DNA from: Candidatus Pelagibacterales bacterium
GTDB lineage: Bacteria > Pseudomonadota > Alphaproteobacteria > Pelagibacterales > Pelagibacteraceae
Length of the DNA stretch: 64,000 bases
Assembly (NCBI GenBank): GCA_965235675.1
Contig: CBDDYZ010000003.1
Coordinates: 25,498 to 89,497 of the forward strand
Reading direction: 5' to 3'
The notes under the pieces were generated by a model. It had not been told where the DNA came from and made no database searches. It saw only the letters and a program-made list of their open reading frames with translations. Shown here one piece after another: positions 1 through 12,079 of this stretch (position 1 is the first letter of the stretch; every line of letters begins with the position of its first letter). Position numbers and translations under genes: made by a program.

Positions 1-1864
1 GTCTTGCGCAATGCCAGCAGCAGAAGGAATGAATATTAAAACCAACACTCCTTTTGTAGAAAAAGCTAGAAAAGGTGTTATGGAGTTTTTATTAGCTAAC
101 CATCCTTTAGATTGTCCAGTTTGTGATCAAGGTGGAGAATGTGATCTTCAAGATCAATCAATGTTCTACGGTGTAGACAAGTCAAGATTCAACGAAAATA
201 AAAGACAAGTTCCAGAAAAAAATATGGGACCATTAATTAAAACACAAATGACTAGATGCATTCATTGCACTAGATGTGTTCGATTTGCAACTGAAATTGC
301 AGGAGTACCAGAATTAGGAGCAATAGGCAGAGGAGAAGATATGCAAATTACAACTTATCTCGAAAAGTCTATGCAATCTGAGCTGTCAGCTAATGTTGTT
401 GATTTATGTCCTGTTGGTGCACTTACATCAAAACCTTATGTTTTTGAAGCTCGTCCTTGGGAATTAAAGAAAACAGAGTCCATAGATGTAATGGATGCAA
501 TTGGCTCCAATATTAGAGTTGATACTTATGGATGGGAAGTAAAAAGAATTCTTCCAAGAATTAATGAAAACATTAATGAAGAATGGATATCTGATAAAAG
601 TAGATATGCTTGTGATGGTTTATTAAATCAGCGTTTAGATACACCTTATGTAAAGTATAATAATAAATTTGAAAAAGCATCTTGGGATGAAGTTTTTAAT
701 ATAATTAAATCAAAATTTAATAATACAGATAAAAATAAAATTTGTGGCTTAACAGGTGATTTAGTAAATATGGAAACACTATATATATTTAAAGAATTCT
801 TTAATAAGACACTTGGTTCACAAAATGTTGAGTCTAGAAATGATCATACTTATTTAAATGCAGAGAAAAGAGAAAATTATTTATTCAATTCAACAATAAA
901 TGGGGTAGAGGAATCAGATTTTATTTTTCTGATTGGAACTAATCCTAGATATGAAGCTACTATTTTAAATGCACGTATTAGGAAATCTTATGTCCAAAAT
1001 AAAACAAAAATTATTTCTTTAAATAATGTTGGAGACCTTACATACCCTTACGAGTTTCTTGATGGTAAAATTAATAATATTAAAGAAATATCAGAGGATA
1101 GTCATAAAGTTTCAAAGTTAATAAAAGAAGCTAAAAAACCTTTAATTGTATTTGGTCAATCTGCTTTTAAATCAAAATCTGCAAAATATATATTTGAGGC
1201 TATGAAGAGTTTTTTAAATAAGAATAATAAGATTTCCAATGAATGGAATTCGCTTAATGTAATTTCAGATAATGCCTCAACAGTTGGAAGTTTAGATTTA
1301 GGATTATATAAAACTACTGATGGTTCAAACAAAGTTTTAGAAGATCTAAATAACAATAAATTTGAAATTGTTTATTTATTAGGTCTAGATAGTTTTCAAT
1401 TTAAAAAAAAGAATGAGTTTATTATTTATCAAGGTAGTCATGGTGACAAAGGTGCAGAAATTGCTGATATTATACTGCCAGGTGCCGCTTATACAGAGCA
1501 GAATGGTTATTTTACAAACTTAGAGGGGAAACTACAAAAAGCCTATAAGGCCTCTTATCCACCTGAAGAAGCAAAAGAAGATTGGTTAATAATTAATGAG
1601 TTAGCTGAAGCTATGAATCATAGAAAATTATTCAATGATAAAGATGAACTTGATAGTAGCATGCTTAATTATCTAAATCTTTATATAGAAAAAGATAATT
1701 TAGTTATTTCAACTGAAATTAAAGATTTAATATTTGAAAATGAAATTTTAAAGATTACTAATGAAGACTACTATTATTCTAATGTTATAGCTAGAGCATC
1801 CAAGACCATGTTTGAATGCAAATCTGCTAAAACTAATTTCAAATCTACAGGAACAGAAGGATAA
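1..1864 (+). CDS. nuoG: NADH-quinone oxidoreductase subunit G (5'-truncated by window edge)
   Basis: [17 protein letters not shown] and [11 protein letters not shown] Fe-S motifs; frame is open upstream of the ORF-track Met (SCAMPA); first gene of nuoG-N run. Confidence 0.97.
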   Translation, partial: SCAMPAAEGMNIKTNTPFVEKARKGVMEFLLANHPLDCPVCDQGGECDLQDQSMFYGVDKSRFNENKRQVPEKNMGPLIKTQMTRCIHCTRCVRFATEIAGVPELGAIGRGEDMQITTYLEKSMQSELSANVVDLCPVGALTSKPYVFEARPWELKKTESIDVMDAIGSNIRVDTYGWEVKRILPRINENINEEWISDKSRYACDGLLNQRLDTPYVKYNNKFEKASWDEVFNIIKSKFNNTDKNKICGLTGDLVNMETLYIFKEFFNKTLGSQNVESRNDHTYLNAEKRENYLFNSTINGVEESDFIFLIGTNPRYEATILNARIRKSYVQNKTKIISLNNVGDLTYPYEFLDGKINNIKEISEDSHKVSKLIKEAKKPLIVFGQSAFKSKSAKYIFEAMKSFLNKNNKISNEWNSLNVISDNASTVGSLDLGLYKTTDGSNKVLEDLNNNKFEIVYLLGLDSFQFKKKNEFIIYQGSHGDKGAEIADIILPGAAYTEQNGYFTNLEGKLQKAYKASYPPEEAKEDWLIINELAEAMNHRKLFNDKDELDSSMLNYLNLYIEKDNLVISTEIKDLIFENEILKITNEDYYYSNVIARASKTMFECKSAKTNFKSTGTEG

Positions 1865-1866
1865 AC

Positions 1867-2865
1867 ATGGAATATTTAAATATAATTCTTTCTGAAACTT
1901 ATAAAATATTATTTTTATTAGTTCCGGTCTTGGTTTCTGTAGCTATGATAGTTTGGTTAGATCGTCGTATATGGGCTTTTGTTCAAAAAAGACAAGGACC
2001 AAATGTTGTGGGACCTTTTGGTTTATTACAGTCTTTAGCTGATGCGTTAAAGTACATTTTTAAAGAAGTTATTATTCCCTCAAGCTCTAATAAAGTAATT
2101 TTTATTTTAGCCCCAATCGTAACTATGACATTAGCATTAATTTCATGGGCTGTTATACCTTTTAGTGCAACACAAGTTTTAGCAGATATTAATGTTGGAA
2201 TTTTGTATCTCTTTGCTGTTTCATCTTTAGGTGTCTATGGAATTATTATGGGAGGATGGGCTTCTAATTCAAAATATCCTTTTTTGGGAGCGATTAGATC
2301 AGCAGCACAAATGGTTTCATACGAGGTTTCTATTGGTGTTATTATTATAAATGTTTTGTTATGTGTTGGCTCGTTAAACTTAAACGACATTGTAATGGCT
2401 CAAGAAAATCTATGGTTTGTAATACCTTTGTTTCCAATGTTTGTAATTTTCTTTATTTCAGCATTAGCAGAAACAAATAGACCACCTTTTGACTTACCTG
2501 AGGCAGAAGCAGAATTGGTTGCCGGATATCAAACAGAATACTCGGGAATGATGTATGCAATGTTTTGGCTGGGTGAGTACGCAAATATTCTTTTAATGTG
2601 TGCCATGGGTTCTATTCTTTTTTTAGGAGGATGGCTTTCTCCAATTGAGCTTTATCCATTTAACTTAATTCCAGGTGCAATTTGGTTGATAATAAAAATT
2701 TTGTTATTATTTATTTTATTTGCATTGGTAAAAGCTATTGTTCCTAGATATAGATATGATCAATTAATGCGTTTGGGATGGAAAGTATTTCTTCCAATGT
2801 CACTAACTTGGGTAGTTTTAACTGCTAGCTATTTATTTTACTTCAATTTATTACCAACAAACTAA
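1867..2865 (+). CDS. nuoH: NADH-quinone oxidoreductase subunit H
   Basis: [21 protein letters not shown] and [21 protein letters not shown] motifs; hydrophobic. Confidence 0.98.
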   Translation: MEYLNIILSETYKILFLLVPVLVSVAMIVWLDRRIWAFVQKRQGPNVVGPFGLLQSLADALKYIFKEVIIPSSSNKVIFILAPIVTMTLALISWAVIPFSATQVLADINVGILYLFAVSSLGVYGIIMGGWASNSKYPFLGAIRSAAQMVSYEVSIGVIIINVLLCVGSLNLNDIVMAQENLWFVIPLFPMFVIFFISALAETNRPPFDLPEAEAELVAGYQTEYSGMMYAMFWLGEYANILLMCAMGSILFLGGWLSPIELYPFNLIPGAIWLIIKILLLFILFALVKAIVPRYRYDQLMRLGWKVFLPMSLTWVVLTASYLFYFNLLPTN

Positions 2866-2867
2866 TT

Positions 2868-3353
2868 ATGAAAATATCTAGAATATTTAAAACAATTTTT
2901 TTATTAGACTTCTTAGGAGGGTTAATAATTGCTTTAAAAGAAATTTTTAAATCAAAAAAAACAATTAATTATCCTTTTGAAAAAGGAAAAATTTCTCCTC
3001 GTTATAGAGGTGAGCACGCTTTAAGAAGATATCCCAATGGTGAAGAAAGATGTATAGCTTGTAAATTATGTGAGGCTGTTTGTCCTGCTCAAGCTATTAC
3101 TATTGAATCCTCTGAAAGAGAAGATGGTAGCAGAAAAACTACACGATATGACATTGATATGATGAAATGCATTTACTGTGGTCTTTGTGAAGAATCTTGT
3201 CCTGTAGATGCAATCGTTCAAGGTCCAAACTTTGAATTTTCTACTGAAACAAGAGAAGAACTTTATTACAACAAAGAAAAATTATTAGATAATGGAGACA
3301 GGTGGGAGAATATTTTGGCAGCAAATATTAAAGCTGATAATCCCTATAGATAA
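2868..3353 (+). CDS. nuoI: NADH-quinone oxidoreductase subunit I
   Basis: Two CxxCxxCxxxCP motifs ([24 protein letters not shown]). Confidence 0.98.
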   Translation: MKISRIFKTIFLLDFLGGLIIALKEIFKSKKTINYPFEKGKISPRYRGEHALRRYPNGEERCIACKLCEAVCPAQAITIESSEREDGSRKTTRYDIDMMKCIYCGLCEESCPVDAIVQGPNFEFSTETREELYYNKEKLLDNGDRWENILAANIKADNPYR

Positions 3354-3355
3354 TT

Positions 3356-3988
3356 ATGTTAGCGCACGCAATTTTTTTTTATATATTTGCATTTATAGCA
3401 ATAGTTTCGGCCATCATGGTAACCGTTTCTAAGAATACTGTTCATTCTGTTTTTTTTCTAATTTTAGATTTTATAAGTATTTCATGTTTATTTATCATGA
3501 TAGGTGCAGAATTTTTAGGCATGATTATGCTAATTGTTTATGTTGGTGCCGTTGCTGTTCTATTTTTATTTGTTGTTATGATGCTCAATGTTGCTCAACA
3601 AAAAAATCAATGGTTTTCTGCTAAAGAAAGCTCAAAACATATTCCAATAGGGTTAATAGTAAGTGTCATTATATTTTTTGAATTAATTATAGTTATAGGT
3701 GGCTGGAAGTATAAACCAGATGTTGTTTCTGCTATGTCCTTACCTATAGATCAAGATATCAGCAATACACACTCTATAGGTTATGTACTTTATACTGACT
3801 ATATACATATATTTCAACTTAGTGGCATGATTTTGCTTGTAGCAATGATTGGTGCAATAGTTCTAACTTATAGAAGAAGATCTGGAGTTAAAAGGCAAGG
3901 ATATTTTAATCAAATTACTAGAGAAAGATCAGATAGTGTTGAGATAATTGATGTCAAAATTAATGAAGGAGTAAAGGCAGATGATTAG
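3356..3988 (+). CDS. nuoJ: NADH-quinone oxidoreductase subunit J
   Basis: [18 protein letters not shown] motif; operon position. Confidence 0.97.
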   Translation: MLAHAIFFYIFAFIAIVSAIMVTVSKNTVHSVFFLILDFISISCLFIMIGAEFLGMIMLIVYVGAVAVLFLFVVMMLNVAQQKNQWFSAKESSKHIPIGLIVSVIIFFELIIVIGGWKYKPDVVSAMSLPIDQDISNTHSIGYVLYTDYIHIFQLSGMILLVAMIGAIVLTYRRRSGVKRQGYFNQITRERSDSVEIIDVKINEGVKADD

Positions 3989-4292
3989 TATTGGATTAGG
4001 TCATTATTTAACCTTGGCTGCAATCATATTTACCATTGGCATAGTTGGATTATTTTTAAATAGAAAAAATATTATTGTAATATTGATGAGTATTGAGCTT
4101 ATATTGCTAGCTGTAAATATAAATCTTGTTTCATTTTCTATATTTTTAAATGACATATCTGGACAAATTTTTACATTATTTATTTTAACAGTAGCAGCGG
4201 CTGAAGCAGCAATAGGTTTGGCAATAATTGTTGTTTATTATCGAAATTCTTCAACTATTGATGTTGAAAATATTGATAGCCTGAAAGGATAA
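3981..4292 (+). CDS. nuoK: NADH-quinone oxidoreductase subunit K
   Basis: [12 protein letters not shown] and [12 protein letters not shown] motifs. Confidence 0.97.
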   Translation: MISIGLGHYLTLAAIIFTIGIVGLFLNRKNIIVILMSIELILLAVNINLVSFSIFLNDISGQIFTLFILTVAAAEAAIGLAIIVVYYRNSSTIDVENIDSLKG

Positions 4293-4293
4293 T

Positions 4294-6207
4294 ATGGAAA
4301 TTGCATTATTATTTCTTCCTTTACTAGCATCAATTATTTCAGGTTTTTTTGGTAAATATTTGGGTGACAGAAATTCTGAAATTATCACAAGTGTTTTTGT
4401 TTCAATTTCTGCAATAATCTCTTTACTGATATTTTATAATGTCATTGTTAATGACTATGAAAATAACGTAGTCGTTGCCACATGGATTAACTCTGGAAGT
4501 TTAGATGTTAACTGGTCCATAAAAGTAGATGCTTTATCTTCAGTGATGTTAGTTGTTGTGACTTTAGTTTCTGCTTTGGTGCATATTTATTCGATAGGAT
4601 ATATGTCTCATGATCCTCACAAACCTAGATTTATGGCATACTTATCACTCTTTACTTTTTCAATGCTTACGTTGGTTACTTCAGATAATTTTCTTCAATT
4701 ATTTTTTGGCTGGGAGGGAGTAGGTCTTTGCTCTTATTTTTTAATTGGTTTTTGGTTTAAAAAAGACTCTGCTAATGCGGCAGCAATCAAAGCTTTTGTG
4801 GTAAATAGAGTAGGTGATTTTGGATTCGCTTTAGGAATATTTTTAATTTTCTATTTATTTGGTACGGTAAATTATAATGAAGTATTTAATCAGATTCCTC
4901 AAGTTGTTGACAAAAAATTACTTTTTTTGGGTATGAACATAGATGCTGTTGATCTTATTTGTATTCTTTTATTTATTGGTGCAATGGGTAAGTCAGCACA
5001 AATATTTCTACATACATGGTTGCCTGATGCGATGGAGGGACCGACCCCTGTATCAGCTTTAATACATGCTGCAACTATGGTTACAGCTGGAGTTTTTTTA
5101 GTAGTTAGATGTTCTCCAATTTTTGAATATTCACCTTTAACACTTAATATAATTACAATAGTGGGAATGACTACGGCATTTTTTGCTGCAACTATTGCTT
5201 TAGTTCAAACTGATATTAAAAAAATCATTGCTTACTCTACGTGTAGTCAATTAGGCTATATGTTTTTTGCTGCTGGTGTGGGCGCATATAATGTTGCAAT
5301 GTTTCACCTTTTCACTCATGCCTTTTTTAAAGCATTACTTTTTTTAGGTTCAGGCTCAGTTATTCATTCATTCAAAGATGAACAAGATATCAACCAAATG
5401 GGTGCTGTATATAAAAAGTTACCTTACACTTATATCTTTATGATTATTGGCACTTTAGCACTTACAGGATTTCCTTTTTTGTCAGGCTTTTACTCAAAAG
5501 ATGCAATTATAGAATTTGCATATCTTAAAGGTAACACGACAGGATATTATGCAGCTGGAATTGGTATTTTTACTGCTGTTTTAACCTCAATTTATTCTTG
5601 GAGATTAATTTTTAAAACATTTCATGGTGAATACAATAATAGAAAAATTGATATTAATGAAATGCACGAGTCACCTTTGGTAATGCTTATACCTTTATTT
5701 GTGCTTGCAATTGGTGCAATATTTGCTGGTTTTTTATTTAAAGATTTATTCATTGGTCATGGTGAGCAAAATGTTTTTTGGGGAAATTCGATAAAATTTT
5801 TAAATCCTTTGAGCATAGAGCATCCACCTTTATGGTTTCTTTTAACCACCCCAATTTTAGTATTGATATCTATACCACTTGCTTATTACTTGTTTGTTAA
5901 GAATAAAGATATACCAAATCGTATCGTTCAATCCAATAAACCCCTATATAATTTTTTAATAAATAAATGGTATTTTGATGAGCTTTATAATGTTTTGTTT
6001 ATTCAATCTTCAAAAAAAATTGGTTTATTTTTTTGGAAAATAATTGATGTTAAGGTGATCGATAAATTTGGTCCAGATGGAGTTTCTTTACTGATTAAAA
6101 ATTTATCATTACGAGCTAGTAAATTTCAAAGTGGATTTATTTATCAGTATGCTTTCATGATATTATTAGGATTTTCTGCATTATTAACTTTTTTAATTTT
6201 AAACTAA
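4294..6207 (+). CDS. nuoL: NADH-quinone oxidoreductase subunit L
   Basis: GWEGVGLCSYFLIGFW and GKSAQIFLHTWLPDAMEGPTPVSALIHAATMV. Confidence 0.98.
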   Translation: MEIALLFLPLLASIISGFFGKYLGDRNSEIITSVFVSISAIISLLIFYNVIVNDYENNVVVATWINSGSLDVNWSIKVDALSSVMLVVVTLVSALVHIYSIGYMSHDPHKPRFMAYLSLFTFSMLTLVTSDNFLQLFFGWEGVGLCSYFLIGFWFKKDSANAAAIKAFVVNRVGDFGFALGIFLIFYLFGTVNYNEVFNQIPQVVDKKLLFLGMNIDAVDLICILLFIGAMGKSAQIFLHTWLPDAMEGPTPVSALIHAATMVTAGVFLVVRCSPIFEYSPLTLNIITIVGMTTAFFAATIALVQTDIKKIIAYSTCSQLGYMFFAAGVGAYNVAMFHLFTHAFFKALLFLGSGSVIHSFKDEQDINQMGAVYKKLPYTYIFMIIGTLALTGFPFLSGFYSKDAIIEFAYLKGNTTGYYAAGIGIFTAVLTSIYSWRLIFKTFHGEYNNRKIDINEMHESPLVMLIPLFVLAIGAIFAGFLFKDLFIGHGEQNVFWGNSIKFLNPLSIEHPPLWFLLTTPILVLISIPLAYYLFVKNKDIPNRIVQSNKPLYNFLINKWYFDELYNVLFIQSSKKIGLFFWKIIDVKVIDKFGPDGVSLLIKNLSLRASKFQSGFIYQYAFMILLGFSALLTFLILN

Positions 6208-7700
6208 TGAATTTTCCAATTCTATCATCGTTAATTTTACTTCCAGTAATTGGTTCTTTGTTTTTACTTTTTTCAAAAGATAAAAATTCAAATACAGGAA
6301 AGTATGTTGCTTTATTTACATCTTTTGTTAATTTTTTAATTTCAATTTATCTTTGGTATCAATTTGATCCAACTACATCGAGCTTTCAATTTGTTGAAGA
6401 TAGAGAGTGGTTAAAAGGTTTCATTAATTATAAAATAGGTGTTGATGGTATATCAATATTGTTTGTTGTTTTAACTTCATTCATAACTCCTCTTTGCATT
6501 ATATCAGTCAACAATTCTGTTAAATATAGATTAAGAGATTTTTTGATTGCAATTTTGGTGATGGAAAGTTTAATGATCGGTGTTTTTTGTTCATTAGATC
6601 TAGTAATATTTTATTTATTTTTTGAAGCTGGTTTAATCCCCATGTTTTTAATAATTGGAATTTGGGGTGGCACAAGAAGAGTTTATTCAGCATTCAAATT
6701 TTTCTTATACACACTTCTTGGTTCTGTATTAATGTTAATAGCTATAATTTCAATTTACTGGATATCTGGAACAACTGATATTACTCAACTTTATGAACTT
6801 GGAATAGATAGCAAATATCAAAACCTATTATGGCTTGCCTTCTTTAGTTCATTTGCTGTTAAAACACCAATGTGGCCAGTACATACTTGGCTACCAGATG
6901 CTCACGTAGAAGCTCCAACAGCAGGATCTGTTTTACTTGCTGCTATATTACTAAAAATGGCTGGATATGGTTTTATAAGATTTTCTTTAGGACTTTTTCC
7001 TATTGCTTCTGAATTATTTACACCTCTAGTTTATATTTTAAGTTTAATTGCTATTGTCTACACATCTTTAGTTGCATTAATGCAAGAAGATATGAAGAAA
7101 TTAATAGCATATTCTTCTGTTGCTCATATGGGTTTTGTTACTTTAGGTATATTTACAATTACTCAGCAAGGTATCGAAGGAAGTATATTTCAAATGATTA
7201 GTCATGGACTAGTTTCTGCAGCATTATTTTTATGCGTCGGAATTATTTATGACCGTATGCATTCAAGATTAATAGCAACTTATGGTGGATTAGTATCTGT
7301 TATACCAAAGTATTCAATATTATTTATGCTTTTTACTTTAGCAGCTTTAGGTTTGCCTGGTACAAGTGGTTTTATTGGAGAGTTCTTAATACTAATGGGA
7401 GCCTTTAAAGACAATTTTTTAGTTGCAGTTATAGCTAGCTTGGGAGTTATTTTTGGTGCAGCCTATATGCTCTGGTTATATAGAAGGGTTGTTTTTGGTA
7501 AAATTGTAAACAAAGATCTTTTAAAAATGACTGACCTAGATAATTCAGAGAAGCTAATATTATGGTCTTTAGCAATTCCAGTATTGTTCTTTGGTTTTTA
7601 TCCGGAACCAATTATCAATACAATAGAAGTTTCAGTAAAAGATTTAATTGAGATGTATAATTTTAATTTAAATAATATTATTGCAGAGGTAAATAACTAA
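6207..7700 (+). CDS. nuoM: NADH-quinone oxidoreductase subunit M
   Basis: VKTPMWPVHTWLPDAHVEAPTAGSVLLA. Confidence 0.98.
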   Translation: MNFPILSSLILLPVIGSLFLLFSKDKNSNTGKYVALFTSFVNFLISIYLWYQFDPTTSSFQFVEDREWLKGFINYKIGVDGISILFVVLTSFITPLCIISVNNSVKYRLRDFLIAILVMESLMIGVFCSLDLVIFYLFFEAGLIPMFLIIGIWGGTRRVYSAFKFFLYTLLGSVLMLIAIISIYWISGTTDITQLYELGIDSKYQNLLWLAFFSSFAVKTPMWPVHTWLPDAHVEAPTAGSVLLAAILLKMAGYGFIRFSLGLFPIASELFTPLVYILSLIAIVYTSLVALMQEDMKKLIAYSSVAHMGFVTLGIFTITQQGIEGSIFQMISHGLVSAALFLCVGIIYDRMHSRLIATYGGLVSVIPKYSILFMLFTLAALGLPGTSGFIGEFLILMGAFKDNFLVAVIASLGVIFGAAYMLWLYRRVVFGKIVNKDLLKMTDLDNSEKLILWSLAIPVLFFGFYPEPIINTIEVSVKDLIEMYNFNLNNIIAEVNN

Positions 7701-9115
7701 TGAACAATATAGCTTCCATTTTACCAGAAATTTTTATTTCACTATCAATAATGTTTTTACTTCTTCTTGGAGTATTTAAAAAGAATAGTTCAATTATTGT
7801 TCATTATTGTGCTTTAGCTTCTTTATTAATTACTGGTGTTTTGATTTTTAATGAGTCATTAAATCAAAATATTATGTTGTTTAATGACAGTTATGTTGTC
7901 GATAAACTTTCATCATATATGAAAATTCTTACAATCATAGCCACAGCATTTGTTTTATCTATATCAACTAGATATCTAAAAATATTTAAGATTTTTTTAA
8001 TAGAATACCCAATTTTAATACTATCCTCAGTACTAGGAATGATGGTGATGATTAGTTCTAATGATCTTATGGTGTTTTATATTGGTCTAGAACTTCAGTC
8101 ATTAGCTTTATATGTTTTAGCTTCATTCAATAGAGATCAATTAAAATCATCAGAGTCTGGACTTAAATATTTTGTTCTAAGTGCCTTATCATCAGGTTTA
8201 TTGCTTTATGGATGCTCTCTAATTTATGGCTTCTCAGGGTCTACAAACTTTGAAATTATAAATAATTCAATGAACTCAGATAATTATGGATTAACTTTTG
8301 GAATTGTTTTTATTTTAGTTGGGTTAGCTTTTAAGATATCAGCAGTCCCATTCCATATGTGGGCTCCTGATGTGTATGAAGGTTCTCCTACAGCAGTAAC
8401 ATTATTTTTTGCACTAGTACCAAAAGTTGCTGCACTTACAGTATTTATAAGATTTTTATATGTACCTTTTGTAAGCATGATTGAACAATGGCAACCTATA
8501 TTAATTTTTTTATCTATCGCCTCTATGATTTTTGGAGCCATTGCAGCGATAGGTCAAAGTAATCTTAAAAGACTTATTGCCTATAGTTCAATTGGTCATA
8601 TGGGATATGCTCTTGCAGGATTATCAGTAGGTTCTAACGAAGGAATTCAAAGTTCAATTGTTTATATAAGCATTTATTTAGTTATGAATTTAGCATTTTT
8701 TAGCTGTTTATTAATGCTTAAGCGAAACGATGAATATTTTGAAACCATTGATGATTTATCTGGTTTATCAAAAAATCATCCAATCTTATCATTATCTTTA
8801 CTTATCATATTATTTTCATTAGCAGGTATTCCGCCATTGGCAGGCTTTTTTGCAAAATTTTATATATTTAAAGCTGTAATAGAACAATCAATGTATTTTT
8901 TAGCAATCGTTGGATTGTTATCTACTGTAATAGCGGCGTTCTATTATCTTAAAATAATTAAAGTTATTTATTTTGATCAAGAAAAAGACAAATATGATGA
9001 TGATCATAATATTTGGTTAAAAGCATCACTAACTTTATCAACATTGTTAATTCTTTTATATTTTATCTTTCCAGGTCAAATAGTTGAGGTAGTCTCAAGA
9101 ATTAATATTCTTTGA
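7700..9115 (+). CDS. nuoN: NADH-quinone oxidoreductase subunit N
   Basis: FKISAVPFHMWAPDVYEGSPT and SLAGIPPLAGFFAKF. Confidence 0.98.
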   Translation: MNNIASILPEIFISLSIMFLLLLGVFKKNSSIIVHYCALASLLITGVLIFNESLNQNIMLFNDSYVVDKLSSYMKILTIIATAFVLSISTRYLKIFKIFLIEYPILILSSVLGMMVMISSNDLMVFYIGLELQSLALYVLASFNRDQLKSSESGLKYFVLSALSSGLLLYGCSLIYGFSGSTNFEIINNSMNSDNYGLTFGIVFILVGLAFKISAVPFHMWAPDVYEGSPTAVTLFFALVPKVAALTVFIRFLYVPFVSMIEQWQPILIFLSIASMIFGAIAAIGQSNLKRLIAYSSIGHMGYALAGLSVGSNEGIQSSIVYISIYLVMNLAFFSCLLMLKRNDEYFETIDDLSGLSKNHPILSLSLLIILFSLAGIPPLAGFFAKFYIFKAVIEQSMYFLAIVGLLSTVIAAFYYLKIIKVIYFDQEKDKYDDDHNIWLKASLTLSTLLILLYFIFPGQIVEVVSRINIL

Positions 9116-9678
9116 TGAAGCTAAAAAAATTCAACTTTAAAATAGTAAATAGCACAAATAATTTAGCGCATAAAATAATACTACACTCAAAAAATAAGTT
9201 TGGGATTGTTTCAGCAGAAAAGCAAGTTAAAGGTAGAGGGCAATATGGTAAAACTTGGGTATCTCCAAAAGGCAATCTGTATGTAAGTATTTTTTTTCCA
9301 ATAGACAATAAACACTTTGATTTAAAGAAATTTACTTTCATAAATTGTTTATTAGTTAAAAAAACAATCTCTTCATTCTATAAAGGAACAATAAAAATTA
9401 AAAAACCAAATGATTTACTAATCGATAATAAAAAAGTCTCAGGAATATTACAAGAAACTCTATTAAAACTTGATCAAAAATTCATAATTATTGGAATAGG
9501 TGTAAATTTGATTAAAAATCCAAATTTAACAAATTATCCTACTACCAATCTTTTAGATTTAACAAATAGCAAAATAACAGTTAATAATGTTCGAAGAAAG
9601 TTAATAAAAATTTATGAAAAATATATTCCGATGATACAAAAAAATAATATTAAAAAAATATATAGTATTTTGAAATGA
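9112..9678 (+). CDS. birA: Biotin-protein ligase (catalytic core only)
   Basis: VNSTN, AEKQVKGRGQYGKTWVSPKGNLY, KKPNDL, KKVSGIL and GIGVN motifs; conserved nuoN-birA linkage. Confidence 0.93.
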   Translation: MMKLKKFNFKIVNSTNNLAHKIILHSKNKFGIVSAEKQVKGRGQYGKTWVSPKGNLYVSIFFPIDNKHFDLKKFTFINCLLVKKTISSFYKGTIKIKKPNDLLIDNKKVSGILQETLLKLDQKFIIIGIGVNLIKNPNLTNYPTTNLLDLTNSKITVNNVRRKLIKIYEKYIPMIQKNNIKKIYSILK

Positions 9679-10421
9679 TAATAGTTGGAGACATAGGAAA
9701 CACAGAGACAAAGGTTTGTTTAATTGACAAATCAAACAAGATTATTAAAAAAATAATAATCAAAACTAAAGATATTAATAATAATTCTCTATCAGTGCTA
9801 TTGACTAAATTTAAATTGAGCAAAATAAATATTAAAAAAGTTTTATTTTGTAGTGTTGTACCTAAAGCTTTTAATCAAATAAAAAAAATTTTTTATCAAA
9901 AGCTTAAAATTAAAATTTACGAACTTAAAGATTTAGATCTCAAAAAAATGATTAATATCAAGGTTAATTATAAACAAATTGGATCTGATAGATTGGCTAA
10001 TGCTTTAAGTGTTATTGGTGAAAAAAAGAATTATATTATTTTAGATTTTGGTACAGCAACAACTTTTGATGTATTAGTTAAAAAAAATTATTATGGTGGT
10101 GTAATAGCCCCTGGTGTTAAACTGTCTTTAAAAACATTATCTGATAAAGCTAGTTTAATACCCAATATAAACCTAAAAAAGCCAAAAAAAGTTATTGGCC
10201 AAAACACCATAAATGCAGTTAGGTCTGGTTTTTTTTGGGGATATGCAGGTTTAATTGACAATATTGTTAATTTAATTAAGAAAGAGACAAAGAAGTCCTT
10301 TGAAATAATAATTACTGGAGGATTTTCTAATTTGTTTAAAAAATCAATCAAAGCGAAAGTTACATTAAATAAAGATATTACTATTAATGGCTTAATCAAA
10401 GCCTCAATTCTAATTAAATAA
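9675..10421 (+). CDS. coaX: Type III pantothenate kinase
   Basis: GDIGNT, GSDR, DFGTATTFD, GGVIAPG and ITGG motifs. Confidence 0.95.
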   Translation: MIIVGDIGNTETKVCLIDKSNKIIKKIIIKTKDINNNSLSVLLTKFKLSKINIKKVLFCSVVPKAFNQIKKIFYQKLKIKIYELKDLDLKKMINIKVNYKQIGSDRLANALSVIGEKKNYIILDFGTATTFDVLVKKNYYGGVIAPGVKLSLKTLSDKASLIPNINLKKPKKVIGQNTINAVRSGFFWGYAGLIDNIVNLIKKETKKSFEIIITGGFSNLFKKSIKAKVTLNKDITINGLIKASILIK

Positions 10422-10423
10422 AT

Positions 10424-12079
10424 ATGAAAGATGAATTATTATTTTGCCCTTTAGGTGGCTCTGGTGAAATTGGAATGAATATGAATTTGTTTGCTTATGG
10501 AAAACCGGGTGAACATAAATGGATTATGGTAGATATTGGTGTAACATTTGCTGACGATACCATTCCAGGTGTTGACCTAATATATCCAGATCCAGGTTTT
10601 ATTGTTGATAAAAAAGAAGATCTGCTAGGAATTATTTTAACACATGCGCACGAAGATCATATTGGTGCAATAGCTCTGCTATGGCCACAGCTTAAATGTA
10701 AAATTTTTGCAACACCTTTTACGGCTGTTTTGATTAAAGAAAAATTTAAAGAAAAAAATATAGATATAACTAATCATTTAAAGATTGTTCAACTTAATGG
10801 TACAGTAAATTTAGAACCATTTAAGATAGAATATATAACATTAACCCACTCTATACTTGAACCTAATGGACTAAGAATTGAAACACCGGCTGGTATAATT
10901 TTACATACTGGAGATTGGAAGATCGATCCAGAACCTTTAATTGGTGAAAAAACTAATTCAAACAGACTAAAAGAAGTTGGTAAAGAAGGTGTTCTTGCAA
11001 TGATATGTGACTCAACAAACGTATTCAGCATGGGTAAAGCAGGCTCAGAGTTAGATGTTAGAAAGAGCCTATTAAATATTATGGGTAGTCTAAAAAAAAG
11101 AATTGTCATGGCATCTTTTGCATCAAATGTTGCACGAATGGAGACAGCTTTTTATTGTGCAGAAAAAACTGGCAGACAAATTTCTTTAGTTGGTCGATCA
11201 ATGCATAGAATTTTTAAAGCTGCTAGACAATGTGGTTATTTAAAAAATGTAATTGAACCAATAGATGCTAGAGAGGCAAAAAAAATATCTAGAGAAAAAA
11301 TTGTTTATTTATGTACAGGTAGTCAGGGTGAGCCAATGGCAGCTTTGATGCGAATTGCTAGCTACACACATCCAGATGTTTTTATTGAAAAAGATGATAC
11401 AGTTATTTTTTCATCTAAAATTATTCCAGGAAATGAAAAAAAATTGTTTAAATTGCAAAATCAATTAGTCAAAGATGGTATCGAAGTTATTTCAGAAGAA
11501 AGTGAATTTGTACATGTTTCTGGTCACCCTAATCGAGACGACTTAAGAGAAATGTATGATTGGGTGAAGCCTAATTGTGTAATACCAGTACATGGAGAGC
11601 ATCGTCATATGATTGAACATATGAAATTTGCACATGAAATGAAGGTGCCACATCCAGTACAAGTACAAAATGGTGATATTGTAAAATTATTTCCAGGAAA
11701 ACCTCATGTATTTGATAAAGCACCTAGTGGTAGACTTTATCTTGATGGAAATATGAGTGTTGAAGAAGATTCACAATCGATAAAAGATAGAAAAAATTTA
11801 AGTGCAAATGGATATATGGAAGTTACAATTTTAATTTCTCAAAAAGGAAATATACATAAAAGACCAGTATTAACTTTTAGAGGTATCCCAGTTTATGATG
11901 TAGATGAATTTATTTATGGTTTAGAGGAAGCTATTGAAGGTACAATTAAAACCTTTTCTTTAGGTAATAAAAAACAAGAGTATAACTTAATCGATGCATT
12001 AAAGATCACTTGTAAAAAATATACTAAAGAAATGACAGGAAAAAAACCTTTTACAAATATCAATTTAGTAAAAATTTAG
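10424..12079 (+). CDS. rnj: Ribonuclease J
   Basis: PLGGSGEIGMN, THAHEDHIGA, TGSQGEP and HVSGH metallo-beta-lactamase/beta-CASP motifs. Confidence 0.96.
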   Translation: MKDELLFCPLGGSGEIGMNMNLFAYGKPGEHKWIMVDIGVTFADDTIPGVDLIYPDPGFIVDKKEDLLGIILTHAHEDHIGAIALLWPQLKCKIFATPFTAVLIKEKFKEKNIDITNHLKIVQLNGTVNLEPFKIEYITLTHSILEPNGLRIETPAGIILHTGDWKIDPEPLIGEKTNSNRLKEVGKEGVLAMICDSTNVFSMGKAGSELDVRKSLLNIMGSLKKRIVMASFASNVARMETAFYCAEKTGRQISLVGRSMHRIFKAARQCGYLKNVIEPIDAREAKKISREKIVYLCTGSQGEPMAALMRIASYTHPDVFIEKDDTVIFSSKIIPGNEKKLFKLQNQLVKDGIEVISEESEFVHVSGHPNRDDLREMYDWVKPNCVIPVHGEHRHMIEHMKFAHEMKVPHPVQVQNGDIVKLFPGKPHVFDKAPSGRLYLDGNMSVEEDSQSIKDRKNLSANGYMEVTILISQKGNIHKRPVLTFRGIPVYDVDEFIYGLEEAIEGTIKTFSLGNKKQEYNLIDALKITCKKYTKEMTGKKPFTNINLVKI

